A stretch of DNA of 64,000 nucleotides from Dehalococcoidia bacterium (GTDB lineage Bacteria; Chloroflexota; Dehalococcoidia; SZUA-161; SpSt-899). The DNA is taken from positions 837 to 64,836 of the forward strand of contig JBLYPS010000008.1 of NCBI GenBank assembly GCA_048539495.1. Reading direction: 5' to 3'. The notes beneath the pieces were generated by a model. It was not told the origin of the DNA, searched no databases, and was given only the letters and a program-made list of their open reading frames with translations. Positions 56,761-64,000 of the stretch are shown here, piece by piece. Each line of letters begins with the position of its first letter. Position 1 is the first letter of the stretch. Made by a program: the position numbers and the translations under genes.

Positions 56761-58516
56761 GTCGCCCCCCACGCGGGGGCGTGGATTGAAACACGTTTTG
56801 GGAATCTCGAATCGACGGACTCGATGAGTCGCCCCCCACGCGGGGGCGTGGATTGAAACATTTCATCGAGGGCTTCACGGCTCAGCATAGGATGTCGCCC
56901 CCCACGCGGGGGCGTGGATTGAAACTTAACATATCTATCTTTGTTGTCCCACTCTTCGAGTCGCCCCCCACGCGGGGGCGTGGATTGAAACCTGTACGTT
57001 AGTACGTTTTCAAGAAGAAATATGGCGTCGCCCCCCACGCGGGGGCGTGGATTGAAACCGTTTCACCTCGAACCAGAACTTTTCGAGTTGAGTCGCCCCC
57101 CACGCGGGGGCGTGGATTGAAACTATTAAACCTGAGGAAACTTTCCTCGATTGTATGTCGCCCCCCACGCGGGGGCGTGGATTGAAACTTTGAACTCGAT
57201 GCCAGACGCCTTGCCTGGTCATGTCGCCCCCCACGCGGGGGCGTGGATTGAAACTCCCTTGACACCGACCTAAACCATCCATAAGTCATGTCGCCCCCCA
57301 CGCGGGGGCGTGGATTGAAACATTGACACTTTCAGGATGAGCATTCCATTTCATAGTCGCCCCCCACGCGGGGGCGTGGATTGAAACGATTACATCTGCG
57401 GGAGAAGCGTCTCGCGATTGAAGTCGCCCCCCACGCGGGGGCGTGGATTGAAACGGATGAGCCGCACAACAAGGATAGCATTTATTACGTCGCCCCCCAC
57501 GCGGGGGCGTGGATTGAAACACTGAGGCCACTGCTACCAGAACGGCCGAAGCGGGTCGCCCCCCACGCGGGGGCGTGGATTGAAACAATCGGCCTGCCTG
57601 CCATAACATCCGCTTCGCTTAGTCGCCCCCCACGCGGGGGCGTGGATTGAAACAGGCGAGACACCGGCCACGGCAAATTGCGTTGCTGGTCGCCCCCCAC
57701 GCGGGGGCGTGGATTGAAACTCTGCCGATCCATTGCTGCCGTAACAGTATCCCAGTCGCCCCCCACGCGGGGGCGTGGATTGAAACAAGTCGACTGGGTA
57801 TGTGTTTATGAGCTGCAACGGTCGCCCCCCACGCGGGGGCGTGGATTGAAACTCGAAATAATTGAGCTTGTGCATTTGCAGTCCCTGTCGCCCCCCACGC
57901 GGGGGCGTGGATTGAAACCGATGTCCAACAACCTCTAAAAGTTCCCCTTGGGAAGTCGCCCCCCACGCGGGGGCGTGGATTGAAACTTGATATATTTTAC
58001 CTTTCGGATATTCTCAAGTCGCCCCCCACGCGGGGGCGTGGATTGAAACCACCTCCTGAAACCCAGCTGTAGACCAGATCTCGTCGCCCCCCACGCGGGG
58101 GCGTGGATTGAAACTAGGATAACCTCGGCAAGGCGGAAGCCATCAGTAGTCGCCCCCCACGCGGGGGCGTGGATTGAAACCGCTTGGATACCTACCATGT
58201 AAAACCACACTTCGGTCGCCCCCCACGCGGGGGCGTGGATTGAAACAATGTAGGTGAAGATGTTCCCGGGTGAATCGGTTGTTAGGTCGCCCCCCACGCG
58301 GGGGCGTGGATTGAAACGGTAGAAAAGCATGATGCGCTTACGGAGGCAGTTAGTCGCCCCCCACGCGGGGGCGTGGATTGAAACACAAGTGCTTGGGGAT
58401 GTGATATAATGGAGAAAAGTCGCCCCCCACGCGGGGGCGTGGATTGAAACAGAGACGTCGCTGCTGCGGACCTTCACGGTGTAGGTCACCCCCCACGCGG
58501 GGGCGTGGATTGAAAC
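56761..58516 (+). CRISPR. CRISPR array, 27 repeats of 32 bp (GTCGCCCCCCACGCGGGGGCGTGGATTGAAAC) with 26 unique spacers of 31-39 bp
   Basis: Repeat starts: 56761, 56828, 56894, 56960, 57027, 57092, 57157, 57223, 57290, 57356, 57423, 57489, 57555, 57622, 57689, 57755, 57821, 57887, 57955, 58018, 58083, 58149, 58215, 58286, 58353, 58419, 58485. The last repeat has a G>A change (gtcAcc...). The repeat ends in ATTGAAAC, the type I-C 5'-handle, so transcription is on the + strand with the leader on the cas2 side. A degenerate repeat-like sequence sits in the leader at 56703-56745. Confidence 0.95.
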
Positions 58517-58611
58517 ACTGACGAGGCCCGGTAGAACGACCGAGCTTGTCAGGGAAAGGCGAACAAGCGGGAATCACTCAGCCGATAGAAACAAAACAGC
58601 CTAAATAAAAA

Positions 58612-58893
58612 ATGGTCTCCACGGACGGCAACATGAAACCTCAAATAACGGATACTCCCCCTCAAATGCGGCAGGTGCTGATCCAAGGATATCGAAAAAT
58701 GACACCTCGGCAGAAGATGCAACGTGTCAATGAACTCAACAAGGCCGTTCAGCAGCTAGCATTGCTTCGCATCAGGAAGCAGTACGGAGAGATTTCAGAG
58801 AGAGAGCGGATGCTTCGTTTGGCAGCTCTCTGGTTAGATAGAGAAACTATGATGAAAGTCTTTGATTGGGATCCCCACAAAGAGGGCTATTGA
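58612..58893 (+). CDS. small hypothetical protein within the CRISPR array region
   Basis: 93 aa, basic/helical, immediately upstream of a nucleotidyltransferase. May be its cognate partner. Confidence 0.4.
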   Translation: MVSTDGNMKPQITDTPPQMRQVLIQGYRKMTPRQKMQRVNELNKAVQQLALLRIRKQYGEISERERMLRLAALWLDRETMMKVFDWDPHKEGY

Positions 58894-58895
58894 AC

Positions 58896-59489
58896 ATGGT
58901 TCTGCCGGAGCCTACTCGAATCACTCAACTCGTTGCTAATATACTTGATCGCCTCCAGATCCCATACTTCGTTGGCGGTTCGCTGGCGAGTTCCCTTCAC
59001 GGAATCCCCAGGGCAACTCAAGATGCCGACATAGTGGCAGACATCAAATCGGAGCACATTGTGCCATTTGTGGAAGCTCTCAGAACACAGTTCTACGTTG
59101 ACGAACAGATGATACGGGATGCAATTGAACGCCGTTCGTCATTCAATGTGATTCATCTTGAAACCATGTTCAAGGTCGACGTCTTTGTATTTCGCAACGA
59201 ACTTGGCCGTGAGGCAATGGCACGCAGAGAGAGATATCAGCTATCAGATCAGTCTGCGAGTTACATCTTTCTCGCGACTGCAGAAGACATCATTCTAAGC
59301 AAACTTCAATGGTTCCGATTGGGAGAAGGGACTTCAGAGCGACAATGGCTGGATGTGTTGGGGGTTTTGCAGGTTCAAGGTGATAGGCTGGATTTCCCGT
59401 ATCTTCAACGAATGGCTGGCCAAATGGGCGTACATGACCTTCTAAGGCAGGCGATTGAGGATGCTGCCATAGATACCAGAGATAACTGA
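58896..59489 (+). CDS. minimal nucleotidyltransferase (Pol-beta superfamily) family protein
   Basis: QIPYFVGGSLASSLHGIPRATQDADIV gives the GS-x(n)-DxD nucleotidyltransferase signature. The ORF track starts at 58866; Met at 58896 chosen. Confidence 0.55.
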   Translation: MVLPEPTRITQLVANILDRLQIPYFVGGSLASSLHGIPRATQDADIVADIKSEHIVPFVEALRTQFYVDEQMIRDAIERRSSFNVIHLETMFKVDVFVFRNELGREAMARRERYQLSDQSASYIFLATAEDIILSKLQWFRLGEGTSERQWLDVLGVLQVQGDRLDFPYLQRMAGQMGVHDLLRQAIEDAAIDTRDN

Positions 59490-59586
59490 CACTCCCCGAC
59501 GGGGATTAACTTGAAACATCCAACGGGCAAACGACTAATCCAGTGTAACCAGGCTCGGCCCAACAAGTCAAAGGACAGCAGTTTTC

Positions 59587-59618
59587 GTCGCCCCCCACGC
59601 GGGGGCGTGGATTGAAAC
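59587..59618 (+). CRISPR. orphan CRISPR repeat (perfect consensus copy) about 1.07 kb downstream of the array
   Basis: gtcgccccccacgcgggggcgtggattgaaac is identical to the array consensus. It lies between the nucleotidyltransferase gene and queA. Confidence 0.9.
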
Positions 59619-59625
59619 AAGAGAG

Positions 59626-60651
59626 CTAAACTATCAGTGTGGCGTCACCGAAGCTGAGGAAACGGAACTTGTCCTGGATGGCGTGCTCGTAGGCCCGAAG
59701 AACGAAATCCTTTCCGGCGAAGGCGGAGACGAGCACGAGATGCGACGAGCGAGGAAGATGAAGGTTAGTGATGAGTCGGTCCACGACCTTGAAACGATAT
59801 CCCGGGGTGATAAAAAGCGAGGTCCAGTTGCAGCCGGGGCGGATCCTTCCGCTCTCATCAGCAACGCTCTCCAGCGCCCGCACCGCATCCGTCCCGCAAG
59901 CGATAATCTTCTTCCCCTCCGCTTTTGCCCGATTTACCGTCTCGGCCAATTCCGGGGGAACGCGGTGAAATTCAGGGGCGAGCCGATGTTCCTCGATGAA
60001 CTCCGTCCGTATGGATCTGAAGCTGGCGATGCCCATGTGAAGAGTGAAGAGTGCCAGCTTTATGCCCTTTTCCTCGACTCGCTGAAGCAGCTCAGTGGTA
60101 AAGTGAAGGGTGGCAGTGGGAGCAGCGGTGGAACCCCAATCCTGGGCCAGAACCGTCTGATAGCGTTCGGGGTCGGCAAGGGGCTCCTTGATATAAGGGG
60201 GCAGAGGGACCTCACCCCATTTTCCCATGGCGATGATTGCCGCTCCGGATGAAGGGAAGCAGACGATCCTTGTCCCCTCTGCGGTCCTTTCAAAGACCTT
60301 CACCTTCATCCCGTCTCCGAGGACTATCTCCGATCCCGGGGCAAGCCGGCCGCCCGGACGGACCAGGGCTTCCCATCTTCCCTCGCCCAGATCCCGCAAA
60401 AGAAATACCTCCGCCTTCCCGCCGGTTGGTTTACTGCCGTGTAGCCTTGCCATGATCACCCGGGTATCGTTCATCACCAGCACATCCCCCGGCTCCAGGT
60501 AGTTTATGATCTGCCTAAAGATTCCGCTGCTAACGGTCTTCATTCCCCGATCAAGGATCAAGAGCCGCGAGCTATCCCGGGGTTCAAGCGGCGTCTGGGC
60601 GATCAGTTCCTGAGGAAGATGGTAGTCGAAATCTTCTGTCTTCAGCCACAT
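59626..60651 (-). CDS. queA: S-adenosylmethionine:tRNA ribosyltransferase-isomerase
   Basis: MWLKTEDFDYHLPQELIAQTPLEPRDSSRLL is the QueA N-terminus. The ORF's first 18 codons lie in repeat element 60657-60700, so the Met at 60651 was chosen. Confidence 0.85.
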   Translation of the reverse strand: MWLKTEDFDYHLPQELIAQTPLEPRDSSRLLILDRGMKTVSSGIFRQIINYLEPGDVLVMNDTRVIMARLHGSKPTGGKAEVFLLRDLGEGRWEALVRPGGRLAPGSEIVLGDGMKVKVFERTAEGTRIVCFPSSGAAIIAMGKWGEVPLPPYIKEPLADPERYQTVLAQDWGSTAAPTATLHFTTELLQRVEEKGIKLALFTLHMGIASFRSIRTEFIEEHRLAPEFHRVPPELAETVNRAKAEGKKIIACGTDAVRALESVADESGRIRPGCNWTSLFITPGYRFKVVDRLITNLHLPRSSHLVLVSAFAGKDFVLRAYEHAIQDKFRFLSFGDATLIV

Positions 60652-60656
60652 AACGG

Positions 60657-60765
60657 TTGGAGTCGATAGTCGAGGGTCTGGAGTCTCCCGCCTTCCCTCC
60701 TGCATTCGGGGGCCAGGGGTCGGGGGTCAGGGATCAACCCCGCCCCCCGACCCCTGTCAACTGAG
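60657..60765. repeat. adjacent family A-like (60657-60700) and C-family (60700-60765) heptamer elements upstream of queA
   Basis: gagtcgatagtcgagggtctggagtctcccgcc... and ccaggggtcgggggtcagggatcaaccccgccccccgacccctgtcaactga. Confidence 0.75.
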
Positions 60766-60820
60766 CCCTGTAAACCAGTATGTTCCTCATGCTCGATTGA
60801 GCCCTAGCGATGAAAGAGGT

Positions 60821-61909
60821 TCACCGCTCCGCAGCGCTGTAGGGAACATTGACGGCGATGTTTACCATGCCTTCGTTCAGTACGGCGGCAACTAGAGCCA
60901 GCAGTCGCTTCATTCCCCAGCTCTTGGCCGCCGAAATTGGAATGACTCTGCCTATATTATCGCCCATCCGCTCTGCATAATAATCCACCGCATCCTCGCC
61001 GCCCAAGCCGATTTCATGGGCCAGCAAGTCGATCTTATTCATGGCGATGATCTTCGGTTTGTCGGCTAAACCTAATTCTTCAAGGAGGTTATCTACTGTC
61101 TGTGCCTGCTCGGCGGCATTTGCATGCGTGATGTCAACAACATGCAGCAATATATCGGCCTCGGACAGTTCCTCCAGGGTGGCCTTAAAAGACGCTACCA
61201 ACGTTGGGGGGAGCTTCTGGATAAAGCCCACGGTGTCGCTGAGGAGCACCTCCTGGTTATTGGGCAGGGCTACTCGACGGGTGGTGGTATCCAGAGTGGT
61301 GAAAAGCTTGTCTTCAACAAAGACCTCAGAGCGGCTGAGGGCATTAAACAAGGTACTCTTGCCCGCATTGGTATAGCCAACCAGGGCGACAACAGGGATG
61401 CCGGTGCTCGCCCGATGCCGGCGGTAACGGGCTCGATGTCTCCTTACCCCTTCGATCTCACCCTTGAGGTGCGATATTCGCCTCTCGATGATTCGGCGGT
61501 CGGATTCGAGCTGTTTTTCCCCCGGTCCTCGGGTGCCAATGCCACCGCCGAGACGTTCCAAGTGTGGCCAGAGGCCCGCCAGGCGAGGCAGGAGGTATTC
61601 GTGCTGGGCCAGCTCTACTTGAAGTCGTCCTTCGTGGGTTTGGGCACGCCTGGCAAAGATGTCCAGAATGAGTGCCGTGCGGTCGAGAACCTTTACTTCC
61701 AGGGCTCGATCTAGATTCCTCTGCTGGGCAGGTGTGAGTTCATTATCGAAGATAACCAGGTCGCTGCCGAGTTCAGTCTTCAGTGCAACCAGTTCTTCCA
61801 GCTTCCCCTTGCCGATCAGATGCGAAGAGCGCGGTCGATCTATGCGTTGCGTCACTGTCCCCACGACCTCGACTCCGGCGGTCTGTGCCAGCAGCACCAG
61901 CTCTGCCAT
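60821..61909 (-). CDS. hflX: GTPase HflX (N-terminus unresolved)
   Basis: G-domain motifs (GYTNAGKST, DTVGF, NKID), the HflX N-terminal domain and a C-terminal tail. The first ATG (61909) cuts off about 45 conserved codons (...EKAILVGIEV...). That upstream extension has no ATG/GTG/TTG before the stop at 62063-62065, which lies inside the repeat. Confidence 0.8.
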   Translation of the reverse strand: MAELVLLAQTAGVEVVGTVTQRIDRPRSSHLIGKGKLEELVALKTELGSDLVIFDNELTPAQQRNLDRALEVKVLDRTALILDIFARRAQTHEGRLQVELAQHEYLLPRLAGLWPHLERLGGGIGTRGPGEKQLESDRRIIERRISHLKGEIEGVRRHRARYRRHRASTGIPVVALVGYTNAGKSTLFNALSRSEVFVEDKLFTTLDTTTRRVALPNNQEVLLSDTVGFIQKLPPTLVASFKATLEELSEADILLHVVDITHANAAEQAQTVDNLLEELGLADKPKIIAMNKIDLLAHEIGLGGEDAVDYYAERMGDNIGRVIPISAAKSWGMKRLLALVAAVLNEGMVNIAVNVPYSAAER

Positions 61910-62025
61910 GGAATCGTCAAGCGACCATGAGTTCTGAGACCTCTTTACCTCTATCCCGACCAGGATCGCTTTCTCCGGTTGAGGTTTGGTGGAGATGGTT
62001 CCTTTAGGTATGTTGTCCTCCTTGG

Positions 62026-62110
62026 CAGTCGAGAGTCCAGAGTCAATGGTCGAGAGTCCCCCCTACCGCCCCTCTGGTAACTGGTGACTCTAGACTCCAG
62101 ACTCTAGACT
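62026..62110. repeat. family A palindromic element at the dapL / hflX junction
   Basis: gtcgagagtccagagtcaatggtcgagagtcccccctaccgcccctctggtaactggtgactctagactccagactctagactctcc. It encodes the dapL C-terminal tail (...ESRVWSLESPVTRGAVGGTLDH) and abuts the start of hflX. Confidence 0.85.
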
Positions 62111-63269
62111 CTCCGTGCCACTTCTCCAATCTGACGAGCCCCTCCTGAAGGCGGTCATCCGGCGTGGTCAGAGAGATTCTGATGTAGCCCTCACCGCAGG
62201 CGCCGTATCCCGTACCGGGCGTGACGACGATCCCGACCTCATCCAGAAGTTTAGCAGCGAACCCGGCTGATGTATAGCCTTCGGGGATTCGGGCCCAGAT
62301 ATAGAGGCTTGCCCTGGGCGGCTTTGCCTCGATGCCAATCTTGCCCAGCACCTCAATCACCAGATCTCGCCGCCGTTGATAGATAAGATTATGTTCCGGG
62401 ATACAATCCTGGGGCCCGCTGAAAGCCGCTATTGCGGCATGCTGGATAGCCTGGGGGATGCCGGAATCGAGATTCGACTTCATCCGCATCAGGGCATTGA
62501 TCATCTCTTCATTGCCCACCGCCATCCCGACGCGCCAGCCGGTCATGTTGTAGCTCTTAGAGAGGGAGTGGAATTCAACCCCGATATCCTTGGCCCCCAG
62601 TGCTTGCAGGAAGCTCACCGGACGATAGCCGTCGAAAGCCACCTCCGTATATGGGGCATCGTGGCAAACAGCCAGCTCATACTTCTTGGCGAAAGCGACC
62701 GCTCGCTCGAAGAAATCGAGATGCGCCACTGCAGAGGTGGGATTGTTGGGATAATTCAGCCACAGAACCCTGGCCTTAGCGGCGACATCTGAGGGAATCT
62801 TTCCCAGATCGGGCAGGAAACCGTTCTCCTCCATGAGAGGCAGATAGTAAGGCTCACCACCGGCGAGTATGGTGCTCATGGAGTAGACCGGATAGCTCGG
62901 ATCGGGAACAAGGGCAATGTCCCCGGGGTCAATGAGACAGAAGGACATGTGGCCGATGCCCTCTTTGGAACCGATGAGCGGCAGGATTTCCTTATTGGGG
63001 TCTAAGGTGAGTCCGAAGCGGTGCTGGTACCAATCGGCGATGGCACGTCGCAACTGGGGCAATCCGTCTATCTCCGGATACCGATGGTTGATAGGGTCGC
63101 GTGCCGCCTCGCAGAGACGCTCGATGACATGGGGCGGGGTGGAGAGGTCGGGGTCGCCGATGGCAAAGCTGATCACATCCTCACCGCGGGCACGCTTCTC
63201 GGCAATCTTCCGGCTTATCCCCACGAAAAGGTACGGTGGTAGTTTTTCAATTCGTTTGGCAGTTTGCAT
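62043..63269 (-). CDS. dapL: LL-diaminopimelate aminotransferase-like (DapL-type PLP aminotransferase)
   Basis: MQTAKRIEKLPPYLFVGISRKIAEKRARGEDVISFAIGDPDL...NYPNNPT...SLSKSYNMTGWRVG (PLP-Lys region) fits a class I aminotransferase of the DapL type. The start was chosen at the Met at 63269; the ORF extends to 63314. Confidence 0.75.
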   Translation of the reverse strand: MQTAKRIEKLPPYLFVGISRKIAEKRARGEDVISFAIGDPDLSTPPHVIERLCEAARDPINHRYPEIDGLPQLRRAIADWYQHRFGLTLDPNKEILPLIGSKEGIGHMSFCLIDPGDIALVPDPSYPVYSMSTILAGGEPYYLPLMEENGFLPDLGKIPSDVAAKARVLWLNYPNNPTSAVAHLDFFERAVAFAKKYELAVCHDAPYTEVAFDGYRPVSFLQALGAKDIGVEFHSLSKSYNMTGWRVGMAVGNEEMINALMRMKSNLDSGIPQAIQHAAIAAFSGPQDCIPEHNLIYQRRRDLVIEVLGKIGIEAKPPRASLYIWARIPEGYTSAGFAAKLLDEVGIVVTPGTGYGACGEGYIRISLTTPDDRLQEGLVRLEKWHGESRVWSLESPVTRGAVGGTLDH

Positions 63270-63291
63270 AAGGTTTGCTCCTTGCCATAGT

Positions 63292-63543
63292 TTACCCCCC
63301 GAGTGCCCAAGCAAGATCCTCCATCATTGCCTCGTGCTGATGCTCAGCCAATTCTACCCAGTCAATGCCTACTGCCTCAACCGCTTTATCGCGGCCAATC
63401 TCGCCACGAAGATAACGGCCCAACATTCGCTCTCGCCACAATTGCCGGACACCGGACTGAAAGGCCATCGCCATCACTTCGGCCTCAGGCTTTTGAGTCT
63501 CACGGGCCAAGGTTTGCAGATAAGTCAGCACATCGTTCATCAT
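63292..63543 (-). CDS. UPF0175-family small protein
   Basis: 83 aa. ...AEVMAMAFQSGVRQLWRERMLGRYLRGEIGRDKAVEAVGIDWVELAEHQ... resembles UPF0175 (a putative antitoxin-like HTH). Confidence 0.45.
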   Translation of the reverse strand: MMNDVLTYLQTLARETQKPEAEVMAMAFQSGVRQLWRERMLGRYLRGEIGRDKAVEAVGIDWVELAEHQHEAMMEDLAWALGG

Positions 63544-63619
63544 TTGTCCCTCCGTTATTTACTCCACTCCCTCTCGAACACCATCTCAGCCGGGCCGCTG
63601 AGCCACACTTTCCCTCTCA

Positions 63620-63964
63620 TCAATCCAGACCCAAGATCACTTTCAGCGCTGTGGCTACCTTCTGGAGATTCTCTGTCCCGATGTTCCCAATTTTCCTTAC
63701 CAACCTTCTCTTATCAATAACCCTTATTTGCTCACACAAAAGCACTGAATCCTTAGCTAACCCACCAACCCCAGCGGGGATATTCACATGAGAGGGCAAA
63801 ATAGCTTCCTTTATCTTGGTTGTGAAGGGAACGATAATTGTATGCGGGCTCTTCTCATTTGCTCTATCTATTTGTATAATCAGTGCCGGCCTTATGCCTG
63901 ATTGCTCCGTGCCCACCACTGGATTCAAGTCTAGAAGAAATACATTGCCTCTCTTTACTTCCAA
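63620..63964 (-). CDS. mazF: MazF/PemK-family type II toxin (mRNA interferase)
   Basis: RGNVFLLDLNPVVGTEQSGIRPALIIQ...IIVPFTTK is the MazF/PemK signature. The cognate antitoxin would lie beyond the window end. Confidence 0.8.
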   Translation of the reverse strand: MEVKRGNVFLLDLNPVVGTEQSGIRPALIIQIDRANEKSPHTIIVPFTTKIKEAILPSHVNIPAGVGGLAKDSVLLCEQIRVIDKRRLVRKIGNIGTENLQKVATALKVILGLD

Positions 63965-64000
63965 TCTATCTCTCCCCGGGCTAGCCTGTCTTCATAAGCT

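Noticed and set aside
56318-59620. Many ORFs on both strands across the CRISPR array (e.g. 56739-57038, 57286-57609, 57935-58489, 59405-59620) with recurring FQSTPPRGGR / VSIHAPAWGAT peptides
   Set aside because: They are artefacts of translating the 32-bp repeat in different frames, with no independent coding signal.
61124-61714. 196-aa plus-strand ORF opposite hflX
   Set aside because: Antisense to the conserved G-domain of HflX, with no motifs.

Overview
This 64 kb bacterial chromosomal window has two parts. The first ~41 kb and the last ~4.5 kb carry housekeeping genes: a thioredoxin-domain protein, an ABC transporter pair, pspC, argS, mtaB, tilS, a phosphohexomutase, nadK, archease plus rtcB, a dinG helicase with a fused exonuclease, ispE, rsmA, ilvBNC, an M16 peptidase, groESL with a CIRCE operator, then queA, hflX, a dapL-like aminotransferase and mazF. 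Between groES and queA (about 41.2 to 59.6 kb) lies an accessory island that looks like a defense island. It holds a HigB/HigA pair, a block of uncharacterized proteins that includes a TIR-domain fusion protein and a 502-aa protein with a possible Cys-His-Asp transglutaminase-like core, an AT-rich orphan ORF, a possible degenerate group II intron 3' remnant (domain V-like motif), and a RelE/ParE toxin-antitoxin pair. It ends with a complete type I-C CRISPR-Cas system (cas3-cas5c-cas8c-cas7c-cas4-cas1-cas2) and a 27-repeat array. The array's terminal repeat is degenerate. It is followed by a two-gene cassette (a small protein plus a minimal nucleotidyltransferase) and then a perfect orphan repeat. 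The most unusual genome-wide feature is a large set of short hairpin-forming elements in at least eight families. Each is built from tandem heptanucleotide units flanking a G/C-rich core. Many sit in frame inside conserved housekeeping genes (tilS, ispE, dinG, ilvB, nadK, mtaB, the phosphohexomutase, dapL, hflX, queA), where they appear to be translated as peptide insertions such as ...SRLQTPDSRL.... Two AT-rich patches (13.6 to 14.4 kb and 16.15 to 17.46 kb) look horizontally acquired; the second carries restriction-modification remnants. No rRNA or tRNA genes were seen.
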